DNA from: Geosiphon pyriformis uo1
Taxonomy: Eukaryota; Fungi; Glomeromycota
Direction: 5' to 3'
DNA length: 64,000 nt
Assembly (NCBI GenBank): GCA_016748015.1
Contig: JAAOMT010000762.1
Span: 620,001 to 684,000 of the forward strand
Shown here: positions 41,101 to 52,699 of the stretch, piece after piece
Layout: each line of letters opens with the position of its first letter
Numbering within the stretch: position 1 is the first letter of the stretch
Position numbers and translations under genes: made by a program
Notes under the pieces: generated by a model
What the model was told of the DNA's origin: nothing
Seen by the model: the letters and a program-made list of their open reading frames with translations, nothing else
The model's database searches: none

Positions 41101-43796
41101 TGCAGTATACAACAGTGCTCTCAACAAACTGTACTATTACCCTTATAATGTCGAAATGATTTTTGACCTAGCAATAGCTTTAATTAACAGAGCCACTCAA
41201 GAAAATGTTTGTCAAATAAAAGAATCAGAATATATTGCATACATCTTTGAAATCACTGGATACAACTATGAAGATGAAGTAGAAGTATATCACCAAATTT
41301 CCAGTCACACTTACTCAACCAAAGAAGCTCAAGCTCAATGACTAAAGCAAATGAACGTTAAATTGTGTGAAGAATGCATAATGCCCTGTAATGAGCAATG
41401 GTGCCCTGAATGCTATGCTCTTAGCATTCTCCTGCTTAGTGAAAACGAAATTGAATTTGGAGAACCTGAAGCAACAGAAGAAATTAAAACAACATCCATC
41501 TATCTTATCAAAACTCAGTCTGTCTTACAACTCAAATACTTTAACAACAATGGACAAGGAATAAAACCTGAAAAAGCACATGAAATTGATGCTGGATATG
41601 ACCTAAAATATCCAGACAAAAATACTCTTGTTCTCAAACCCAAATCTCTCACAAAAATCAACCTCAAAATTGCACTCGAAATCCTGCCAGGAGCAATGAT
41701 TCAAATTGCCTCCCAGTCCTCTCTGGCAAGCAAAGAAATTAATGTTAGAGGAGGAATAATTGATGCTGGATATACAGAAGACATTATAGTGATGCTTCAA
41801 AATGAAACTGACAAACCATTCAAGATTAACCATGCTGAAAAAATTGCCCAAGCTATTTACCTACCTCTAATCAACATTTTGGGTTTACAACTAGTCAATC
41901 AAAGAGAACAATTAGAAAAAAGTGATAGAGAAACCCAAGGTTTTGGTTCAACTGGATGATTCACAGTTCCAGTTAATATAGCTTTTAACACACAGAATGA
42001 ATTCCACCAGATTCTCAGACTTCCACAACCAATTACCATCTCACCCTTTGAAGAACATCTGGAAATCTACACCTGTCTAAAGCCAACAACCACACAACAA
42101 ATTTTTGAGTCCAATGAACAAGTCTGCTTGGAACATAATATTTCGATCCCAAACATTTATATTCCAGAAGGAACAAAGAAAGTTTGAGTTATTTTTATAA
42201 TCCCAACAATTACTCCATAGTTCTATTAAATAACTTAGAAATTGAAGTCATTCACAATAACATTTTTTAACAAGAACTACCCCAGACAGTTCTCAATTTC
42301 TCGGAAATCATTGAATATTCACTACTAAAAATCAACCCAAACCCTAGCTCTGAAAACTACCATGTTGTCATGAAAAAATTATCTTGAATCAACATGGGAC
42401 AACTTGAACCACAACAACAGAGCCAGCTCAAAGAGCTAATTGCAGAATTTGCCAATATCTTTGCTAAAAACAACAATGACTTAGAAAGAACCAATTTGGT
42501 CCAACACCAAATTTATACAGGAAATGCCAAACCAAGAAGACAACAAACATATTAAGTTGCTCCAGAAAGCCACCAATTCATCTGAGAAGAAGTACAACAA
42601 ATGCTTAACAACAGGCTCATCCAACCCTCCATGAGTCTTTGGGCTTTACCTGTAGTGCTAATTAAAAAGAAAAATGGAAAGATACGATTTTGTGTTGACT
42701 ACTGACAACTCAACAGTGTTACAATTGAAAATGCCTACTCCCTTCCCCAAATTGATAACATGTTAGATGCTCTTGGAAAATCCAAATACTTTTCAACACT
42801 AGATTTAAAAAGCAGTTACTGGCAAGTTGCTATGGATCCCAAAGATTGTCCCAAAACAGTATTCACCACCCAAGGCGGAAATTACAAGTTCAATGTAATG
42901 CTTTTCAGATTATGCAATACATCAGCAACGTTTCAGAGATTAATGGATGTTGTGTATCATAACTCCTTTGGAAGTCAGTAGTCGTTTATCTTGACGATAC
43001 TGATGTTTATTCTCCATCGTTCGAATTACACTTAAAATACCTGCAAGAAGTTTTTCAATGATTACAAAAAGCAGGACTAAAACTCAACATCAAAAAATAC
43101 TACTTTGGAAAAACAAACTTGGCCTTCCTTGGTCATATTGTTAGTAAAGATGGAATCAAACCAGACCCTGGAAAAATCAGTGCTGTCAAAAACTTCAAAA
43201 CTTCTCGAAACACTACAGAACTAAGAAGATTTATAGGGTTAGCCTCCTACTATCAGAAGTTTATTAAAAGATTCTCAGAAATTGCAAAACCTCTTAACCA
43301 GCTTACTACCAAAAACGTCAAATACGAATGGACTGCTGAATGCTAAAATGCATTTGAAATCCTCAAAGAAAAACTAATGACAGCTCCAATTCTTGCCTAC
43401 TCAGATTTCAGCAACCAATTCCGATTAGCAACAGATGCCTCTTATACTGCCTTTGGTGTTATCCTATCACAATTGGATGACAATGGAAATGAGCGAGTAA
43501 TCACCTATGCCAGCAGAACATTAAAACCAGCTGAGAAAAATTATTCTGCCACAGAACTAGAAACAGCAGCCATAATCTGGGTCCTACACCACTTTAACCT
43601 TTATCTCAGGCCTAAAGAATTCGATATTATCACTGATAATATTGGATTCAAATGGCTTCAGAACAAAAATACTCAGCTGAATGCAAAACAAACCTGATGG
43701 ACAGGATTTCTAGCAAACTATCGATACATAGTACATCACAAACCAGAAAAACTCCACACCAATATTGACTGTCTCTCCAAAATGAGACAAGATTAG
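38195..43796 (+). pseudogene. A2 Gag-Pol (single frame from the Gag extension through dUTPase; two deletion frameshifts at ~42195 and ~42960)
   Basis: ORF-track pieces 38195, 39233, 40382, 40970 and 41351 share one frame; CHYCGIPGHWKKDC, LILDSGS, five dUTPase motifs, intact YLDD at 42987-42998, RNase H. Confidence 0.95.
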
Positions 43797-43847
43797 AAAA
43801 CACAAAAACTAACATTCAACTTAACCAACCAAAACAGCCAACAAACA

Positions 43848-45233
43848 ATGAATTTGGAAAACTACAACAATCTCAAACAATATTTGGAAACATTAACAAT
43901 CCCAACAGATTGGTTTCCAGATGAAAAACATCAACTACAACAACAAGCCAAACAATATTTTCTACATAACAACATTATTTATCATTGAAATTTCAAAAAC
44001 TCAGACAAACCACTCAGATTAATACAAGAACAGGAAAAAAAGACTATATTATACAACATGCACTCAGATCCTTCATCAGCACACTTTGGAAATGACAGCA
44101 CCACCCAAAGAACACTAGAATACTATTTTTGGCCTCGAATAAGAAAAGACATTCACAAATATGTCGAATCTTGTGATAGTTGTCAAAGAAGAGGAGGAAA
44201 ACACCCTACTGAACCATTAAATTCAATCAAAGTTGGACAACCCTTCAACTGAATTGGTATCAATTTAGTCGGACCACTATCTATCACCACTCAAAGAAAC
44301 CATTATATTGCAGTAGCTGTAGACTATTTTACTAAATGGTCCGAAGCCAGAGCCATTCAACAAGCAGATGCGAAATCAGTAGTAAATTTCATCTATGAAG
44401 ACATCATTTGTAGACATGGATATCCAATTGAACTTTTATCTGATCAGGGAACACACTTTGTGAACAACCTGATACAAGAAATTTGCGAACAATTTAATGT
44501 CAAAAGACCTCTGTCTTCACCCTACTATTCATAAACAAACAGACTTGTGGAACATTTTAACAGAACATTGTGTGAGTCATTAGCCAAAGTCTCAACTGAT
44601 TTTGAGCAAAAGTGGGATATTTTTATTCCATCAGTGTTACTAGCATATAGAACACTAAAACAAGATACCACAAAATACACACCATTTGATTTAACTTATG
44701 AAAGAACAGCAACATTACCAATTAGTTTCATAGTGGAAACATACCCAGCACAACCAATTGATAAAAACAATTTTCAGGAAACACTACAACAAAGAGCCTA
44801 CACTCTGCTTAGCACATTAGAAAGAAAACGATGAATAGTAGCAACTCATATTGAACATTCTCAAGCTCAACAAAAAGAAAGATATGACAACAAATTACCA
44901 CCTATTACCAACAAATTTAAAGTTGGAAATAAAGTTCTCTTACACAGAACTAAAGCTGAAAAACAATAGAGTGGGAAATTTGAAAATAAATGGGATGGAC
45001 CATTCTTTATCCATGAAATTCTAGACAACAGATCATACAAGCTAAGACTTGATGACAAAATTCTAGCAAAAGTTGCACATGGAGATTATTTGAAACACTA
45101 TAATTCCAGAAACAATCCTGAATCATTAATTCTACAAATTGACACACATTCCTCTTTAATCAATCCCAAAAATATTCCCTGGAATTTAGAACCAATAGTT
45201 GTTATTGAACAACCTCCCAACTTGAACACTTAA
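43848..45233 (+). pseudogene. A2 integrase ORF (461 codons, own ATG)
   Basis: HHCC, DDE core and WDGPF motif; preceded by TAG at 43794-43796 and a 51-nt spacer. Confidence 0.92.
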
Positions 45234-45355
45234 TTTAAATTTATTATTATAGTTATCTTCTTATAATTTAGAAACAATCTCACAAAAACAAAACAAAAAT
45301 AACATAAAAACCCATATACCAAAAATAATTTTCTTTTATTTTCAAATCTCTTATA

Positions 45356-46075
45356 ATGACTATTCTTCAAAACATTCAACAATTATCCCAAAAACTAATG
45401 TTAGCTTTAAAAACAATACCCGAATTATCTATTACTGTTACTGGAAACCACATTAATTATATCCAAACAGAAGTAGTCACAAATTTAGCTCCAAATTTAT
45501 GAAAATATCATCCATATAAGAAGAACACAAGAAATTATTCTGGAATTTACCTACCAGAACTTTTAAAGCTTGCTTTAAGAGAAAACTTAATGCTCATTCT
45601 TATTAGTATTCCACCGAATGCTACTATTCAACAAAAACTTCAACTGTGTTTTAATGAAAAAAACTACAACTATACTCCAATATATAGATATTTCTACATT
45701 GGAAAAACACTTTATAAACAAAAACGGGAGCTTACAGCAGCAAACCTCACAAAAGAAGTTATTCGGAAACAACTTCACAATGAATTCAAGACAACAGCTG
45801 GACTTACAAACAGTCATTATAAACTAAGAGCTGCTCTTAAACTTTATGACCTATTCCACACTTGTAAAAACGTCCTACAAAACCCAATTTTACAACTTTT
45901 GAAAATTTAATACATTGAAAAGCTCACAGAACTAAAATTTCAACAATTTTCAGACCAAATTTCTTCAATAATTTTGGATTATTATCTGGAAATTACAGAC
46001 AGTACTTGAACTTTGATGGAGCTTAGTCTTGAAGAGAAGGTTATGTTACTAGATGAAATTAAAGATATTGTTTAG
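45356..46075 (+). pseudogene. A2 ORF3, unknown 239-aa protein overlapping the PPT and the start of the 3' LTR
   Basis: ATG 45356 to TAG 46073-46075; internal stops are all C->T/G->A changes and are sense codons in A1. Confidence 0.85.
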
Positions 46076-48173
46076 CATGAAATTACCCTTATAAATCTTA
46101 TCATTAATTAGCATATATTATCATTTCAAATTATTACTTATTATATTAGCAAAATATTCGAAATTATCATTTAATTAATAACTCAATTTGTACATAACAC
46201 AAATGTAACCTAATTGCGATGATCAATCATGCAATACTCCAAACTATGTAACATTCAAAAAGTTCACCAAAATAATTGATAGTTTACTGAAATATCTAAT
46301 AGTTCACAGAAATAACTTGTAGTTCACCGAAATGTATCTTTAGTTCAGCAAAATTGTAGAAAATAGCAAAGTTTGAGTTCATAGAATAGTGTTACAACAA
46401 GTTGTATAAAAGAAGAGTGTCTCTCTTCAAGAAAATGTATCTTACTTCAGATTAAAAATAATTAGAATAATTCTTTACATCCAAAAGACAAATAAATATC
46501 AAATAATTTGAAAAGCCAAATTTTTAAATTATTTCTGTTGAAATTAACCAATTCCTATTAACAGTTTGAAATTGACTAGCTACCAATTTTGGTAAACTGT
46601 TAAAGCACTTCCAGACCTGGATCCGAAACAACTTCCATAAATCATTAGTTTTATTTTTTTCTTTTACATTTCTTTTATTCTCTTTCTTTTCTTATTATAA
46701 TCATTTGAGTAGCCTACAGATGAGAATTCCTGTAGAAGAGTTGACTTTCACAGCAAAGTAACTATACATTTTTAGTGAACTTCCAGACAAGCAATTCCTG
46801 GGAAAGAGTTGATGTTTACTACAACATAACTATACAAAGTAACTGGCACAAAATTGGCCATTCCACTTATAAGCCCAGCAGTTCAAATTATAGGAGATAA
46901 TTTGAAGATAAATTCAGTTATCAGAGGTTCAAACACTTTCCATAATCGTGAATTAACAGCATTACAACAAACATACAAGAGCTAAGAAGAGACCAAAAAC
47001 CTCCAGTAACAACGTCTTACAAAACCCAATTTTACAGCCTTTGAAGATTCAATGTATTGGAAAGCTTACAGAACTGAAATTTCAACAATTTTCAGACCAA
47101 ATTTCTTCAATAATTTTGGATTATTATCTGGAAATTACAGACAGTACTTGGACTTTGACAGAGCTCAGTCTTGAGAAGGAGGTTATGTTATCAGACAAAA
47201 TTAAAGATATTGTTTAGCATGAAATTATCCTTATAAATCTTATTATTAATTAGCATATATTATCGTTTCAAATTATCACTTATTACATTAGCAAAATATC
47301 CGAAATTATCATTTAATTAATAACCCAATTGGTACATAACACAAATGTAATTTAAGTGCAATGATCAATCATGCAATACCCCGAAATATGTAACATTCAA
47401 AAGTTTGCTGAAATTTGTAGAAATTCACTAAAATAATTGATAGTTCACTGAAATATCTAATAGTTCACAGAAATAACTTGTAGTTCACCAAAATATATTT
47501 TTAGTTCAGCAAAATTGTAGAAAAAAGCAAAGTTCAAGTTCATAGAATAGTGTTACAACAAGTTGTATAAAAGAAGAGCTTCTCTCTTTGAGAAAATATA
47601 TCTTACTTTAGATTTATTACTTAGAACCATTTCTATATACACAAAAAGAAATAAATATCAAATAATTTGAAAAACCAAATTCTTTAATTATTGCACTTGG
47701 AAAATCCCCAAAACTCAACTAACGTTTTAAAATTGATTAGCTACCAATTTCAGTAAAACTATTAGTGACTCCAGGCCTGGATAGAAAACGTTTTCCTTGA
47801 CAGAATTCTATTTCTTTTACATTTCTTTTATTTTTTTCTTTTATTTTCTTATTATAATCATTAGGGTAGCCTACAGACAAGATTCCTGTAGAAAAGTTAA
47901 CTTTCACAGCAAAATAACTACACATTTTTTAGTAAGCTTCCAGACAAGCAATTCTTGAAAAAAAGTTAATGTTTACTACAATGTAACTACATGAAACAAC
48001 TGGTACGGAATTGGCCATTCCACTTATAAGCCCAGCAGTTCAAATTATAGAAGATAATTTGAAGATAAAATTCAGTTATTGGAGGTTCAAACACTTCTCA
48101 TAGTCATGAATTAACAGTATTACAACAAACATACAAGAGCTAAAAAGAGACCAAAAACCTCTGGTAACACTAC

Positions 48174-49216
48174 ATCCTTTAATGTTACTGTTGATATTGG
48201 AATCTTACCATTATACTGATTAATAAAATAGAAAAAAAACAACTTTCAGTATTGTGTCTTAAAAGATGCAATAATTCCTGCATCTAATAGTTGCAAATGG
48301 GATATTGTATTAGATGGTAGATATTTAATCATAATATTAGATAATACAGAAGGTTTTTTACTATGGGGACTAGCATTATCAAGCAATAGCAAAATCTTTT
48401 TTTTCTTGTGATGCATTTTTTCATTTAATAAATTAAGCCATTCACTAAAAATATCAGTTCACATCTATGCTTTTGTATTGTAATGATAAGTAATTGGAAG
48501 TGCATTCATATTAATATTGCAAAAACATTATGGCTTTGCAGCTTTGTTGATAATTAAAGGCTACAACTTAATGCTGTTTGTTGCATTACAAGCAAGAAGT
48601 ATGGTAATTTGACTCTTATCACACTTGGTACCAGAGGTAAATCTTGTTGCCAAAGTTGTATTTGGTGGCATTCTAAAAAATAATGCTGTCTTATCGGCAT
48701 TGTAAACATTATTTAAATCATATTTGTTGATAATCTCACACAGTTTTTCTCATTCCTCTAGTAAAATTTCTAAGAAGGCACTGTTTGCTTTGCCATGTAT
48801 CTTAATGTGGTGCAAATTATGACATTTCTTGAACTTTTCTAACCAACCATCTGATGCTTTAAAGTTATTTTCTTCCAGAAACTTTTTAGCAAACTTAAGG
48901 GCTTTCATTTGTAATATTTTTTTAGTAAGAATACAGCTAGTGCTCCAAGCATCTATTCTCCCAGTACATTATTTATCTTTGGAAACATCTCTTTTCTGTT
49001 CTTTGTCAATTGACCAAAGTTGTCAGATACATTTTTTTTAATCCATCGGTCTGATTTCACAAGTATCTTTGTTACAGTAAAGTGATCAATCTTTAGATTA
49101 AATATTTTAATAAGTCTATTTGTTGAGTAGTCAGGATGCTTTAGTTTGTATTGGCAGAAAGCCTTTTTAGTCTTCAAGAAGATTGCTGCTCACTTTTGGT
49201 TCACGTTTTTTGGCAT
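48174..49216 (-). pseudogene. pogo/CENP-B-like transposase, 5' part (HTH domains and DDE_1); continues at 28510 to ~28030
   Basis: MPKNVNQK...FKASDGWLEKFKK.H...HG.A, VYNADKTALFFRMPP..TLA, LLLLDNASP, HLQLLDAGIIASFK; joins across the LTR insertion as VTLKD(V)VDFLIDVWSVVTTTTIQNCWHH. Confidence 0.85.
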
Positions 49217-49476
49217 ATTAATAAGAACACACTTTTTATTGCATTTTGTTTTTATAATGTGTTAATGTATCTGTTATGTCTCAAATGTCATTTTGCCTTA
49301 TATCTAATCAGACAGGTAAGGTGTTTCATGTTATATGAGATGCTTCAGATTATAAAAAGTGGCTAAATTATAAAAATGAAAGTTTTAACTGTAGAATTCT
49401 AAGTGCAAATGACAGATTCTTAGTAAAAAGAAACCTAATTTTGATAATGCATCTGCAACACTTTTTGTCTCTTACT

Positions 49477-49590
49477 CCTAACTGATAATCAATAATGAAG
49501 GCTGTCAATTTAATCTTCTGCATACTTGTATAATCACATAGAAGATAGCACAATGTTATGTTGTCAAGTCTTCCAAACACAGCAATGCTT
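49477..49590 (-). pseudogene. Captured exon resembling the PP-loop N-terminus of tRNA(Ile)-lysidine synthase (TilS-like)
   Basis: IAVFGRLDNITLCYLL...KLTAFIIDYQL reverts to IAVSGGxDSMALCYLL...KLTAFIVDHQL by C->T/G->A reversals; followed by a GTAAG donor-like site. Confidence 0.55.
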
Positions 49591-49649
49591 ATATCAATTA
49601 GAATATCAATATAAAATACTTTGTACAATATCAGGAATATCAGAATGAA

Positions 49650-50650
49650 AGTCAACTGCAGTTTTTTAAAAAATGTCCTAATTATTATAAGTTATGGAAT
49701 TTGATATGTAATATATATAGGCATACAATAACTTCTGAATTAATGTGGTTATATATTGTTTCTAAGAAAAATTTATCTGTTAAAGATTACTTAGAATGGG
49801 TCCAAAATGAAACAGATTCTACATTCAGGTTAAAGTATAAACAAGTCTTTTTTTATTTACAAGCAATTATTAACTTTCACACTGGAGTTTGTTTCAATAG
49901 GTTTTTATTAAGACTTGTGGTTAAACAAATATTTGTACCAATTTGGTCTACTTGGCACCATTCTATTTACCAATTAATTGAAATTGTTAATGAAGAACAA
50001 TAGCTATGATTAAAGTCTGAAGTTTGCAAGCTGATTCAAGAAAGAATTGTAATTTCTTGATCTAAATTTTCAAATCAACATCAAGGCCATGATGCAATAC
50101 TTGAAAAAATTAACAAAATGCTTAAATCATTGATTCTTTTTACACCTTTACAATGGCATTGAAAAATTGCAGTGTATAATTGTATCAAATTTGAGAGATT
50201 GTGTACTAACTTCTTTAATGTCATTGGATATTTTAAAAGTAAAATATACAGGTCTCATACACGTTCTAGCTTTATTGCTGAATTAAATCAATTTTGAATT
50301 CAAATAAAAAAGACACAGTTTGTAAATTCAAATGTCTCTAATTGTGTTTTTAGTAATATTGGCTATGAATGGATATTAACCAAAGAAATGAAAAAATTTA
50401 GTGAATTGCATGGATAAAAAGAATAGACTTTTTTAAAGCAAAACAAATTAAGAAAACATTGTTAGGTACTTGGAAACCAATTCCAGTAACAAGTGAAGAA
50501 GCAGATCATCAAAAAATATAAATCTGTTAATAAAATCACAACTATTACCTATTATTAATTCTCTAATATCTTTTTTAAGTGATCATGTTTTCGAAACTTA
50601 TTAAGTTAATTGTGTGACAGCTTAATAAATATCTTTCAAGAAGTTAGAAA
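49650..50650 (+). pseudogene. Fragment of an unidentified protein, possibly transposase-like, inside the pogo element
   Basis: Long interrupted frame ...YLQAIINFHTGV...HHSIYQLIE...QHQGHDAILEKINKMLKSLI...; family not confidently recognised. Confidence 0.4.
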
Positions 50651-52699
50651 TATATTGTATTGTGTACAGTTTTGTTTATTTTGGATTGGGTACATTACCA
50701 TTTATAATTGGCATTTTTAAAACATGATATGTTAAGTCTAGGTTTGAATTTCTATTCTGCATGATTATGTTTAGATTATGAAAAGCATTCAACATGGATT
50801 TATTTGCTTCAAAAAAGTTGATTTTTAATACATCTTTAAAACTATCAGCAAACTTTCACTTGCTAATACTAAATATTGGTCGAATGATGAATATGATTGC
50901 TAGTATGGAGCTCTTTTTTAATTGTGGATGCCAAAGTTTGTGTAAAAATGTATTTATTGGGTATATATCAGAATTCTTATGCTCTGAGTTTTATTACTGA
51001 TCACATTTTTTTTTCTAAAAAAAGATAAATTCGAACTCTGTTTCTAATTGATTTGCTCAAGCAATATCCTATTAACAAACTTTTTTCCAGAGGATCTTAT
51101 TAGACCATTATTCTTGCTTATAGGTCTGTTAATTGCTTCTTCTAATATGGAAAAAAAGTAATCTCATTAGCCAAAGTTTGATCCAGAGTAACTTCATTAA
51201 TACCCACAGCAACAGCCTTCAAAGCAATATCAGTCTCTAAAACACCACTAGTCTCCAAAGCACCAAGAACAGCAGTACTGTACCATATGTTAACTATTAT
51301 TAAAACTCTCATAATATTCACAAACAACAAGCCAGATATAATAGTTCTATTATTGTCTTCTGATAGCAGTGGTGGCTTATAAAAAAGAAGAGTAATTGAA
51401 TATTGTAATATTTCAGAAATTTTGTTTAGTGTTCTACAATCGTTTCTAAAAACTTCTTTAATTTTTTTTACTACCATAAAAAGAATGATTTCTATTAACA
51501 AATTGGAAAATCTCCCTAATTGTACATGTCTGATTAAATATTATATGATTATAGTGTAATTATAGAAAGTGGAAATTACTTATATTCTGTTATCATATTT
51601 GTAAAAATAGGGACTATAAGGAGATATATATAGTAAAAGTAACTATAAGAAGATAATATTATATATAAATGGTTTTGGTTTTTAAAAAAATGTGATTATA
51701 AGAAGATAGTGACTATAACCAAAAAGACTATAGAGAAAGTTTACTATACTGCTTTTAAAATTAATAATATATGATTTTTTAAGTTAATAGTTATATTTGT
51801 TTTATTTTTTATTTTCTTAATTTTTATTGTTATCAATATTTTACTGTTATAATATTTGGTTTTTATAAAGTTTTAAATCTTGTTATTATAAAAATTAGTA
51901 CTTTATATAAGTATTATTTTTGGTAAGAAACTTTTGAATATTATTACTATAACAAATATTAAAGTTTAAATTATTTGTTTAATAATTACAAGATGTTTTT
52001 ACTTTTTTTTTTAAGTTATCTCCTAAATTTGTTGTTAACTTTAGGTTTTTTATTTTATTTTTTATTAATAATAAAACTTATATTATGACTTTTGTCTTTT
52101 TGGCTTCTTTGATTGCTTTAACTGTTAATTTTGTTGTTCAATTCAAATTAAATTTTTTGAAATTTCAAGTCTTGAATTTGGTTGCTTTGATTAAATTTGT
52201 TATTAAGTTTGTTGATTTTTTAATTAATTTAACTACTATTTTTTTAAATAATAATGTTAACAAAAATCTTTAAATGAAAAAATTTGCTTTTTATAAAGTA
52301 TATTATTAATAATTTTTCTAATTTTTTGGTTAATATTTCTAAGAACATTGCTTGTTTTAAATTTAAAATTAATTTTGGTAAAATAAATTATAATAAAATA
52401 CTAGTTATTAAGTTTTTTAAGTAAGAATATTATTAAACATATATTTGTTTTGTAATATATGTCAAGTTTTAATATTAGAAGTTATATTAAGACAATTAAA
52501 TTGTTTTTTAATTAGTTTATTAATTAATTTATTTTTAATTTTAGACATTTGAATAGCATAATTAAAAAAATTAATAAATTAGATTTATTTTTAGCTTTTT
52601 TTGTTTCAATATAGTATTGCTTTGACTAGTTCAAGTAATTGGTTATATATAAAAAATGCATAATTTACATTTAGTTTAAATTACTTAATTTAATATATA

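Larger units (their letters stand above)
37163..47011 (+). mobile_element. Full-length Ty3/Gypsy LTR retrotransposon A2 (LTRs 37163-38149 and 46044-47011) nested in A1
   Basis: TGTTAC...GTAACA LTRs, PBS TGGTGCTC at 38152, PPT GAAGAGAAGG 46031-46040, TSD ACAT/ACGT. Confidence 0.97.
28511..48169 (+). mobile_element. Full-length Ty3/Gypsy LTR retrotransposon A1 (LTRs 28511-29495 and 47186-48169)
   Basis: ~985-bp direct repeats with TGTTA...TAACA termini, PBS TGGTGCTC at 29498, PPT GAGAAGGAGG at 47173, 4-bp TSD CCAC/CTAC, PR-RT-RH-IN order. Confidence 0.97.
27863..51746 (-). mobile_element. pogo/Tigger-like (Tc1-mariner superfamily) DNA transposon, ~4.2 kb when the LTR insertion is removed, with ~2.3 kb cargo
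   Basis: TA|CAGTGAACTCTCTTTATAATC left TIR and GACTATAGAGAAAGTTTACTA|TA right TIR; repeated GA(C/T)TATA subterminal motifs. Confidence 0.85.

Noticed and set aside
29402-45817. Antisense and alternative-frame ORFs over A1/A2 (e.g. 29402-29638, 30830-31129, 39612-39884, 40354-40677)
   Set aside because: Shadows of the A/C-rich sense frames; starts and ends are not conserved between the two copies.
45356-46075. ORF3 as an envelope gene
   Set aside because: Too short, with no signal peptide, furin/fusion motif or transmembrane anchor.
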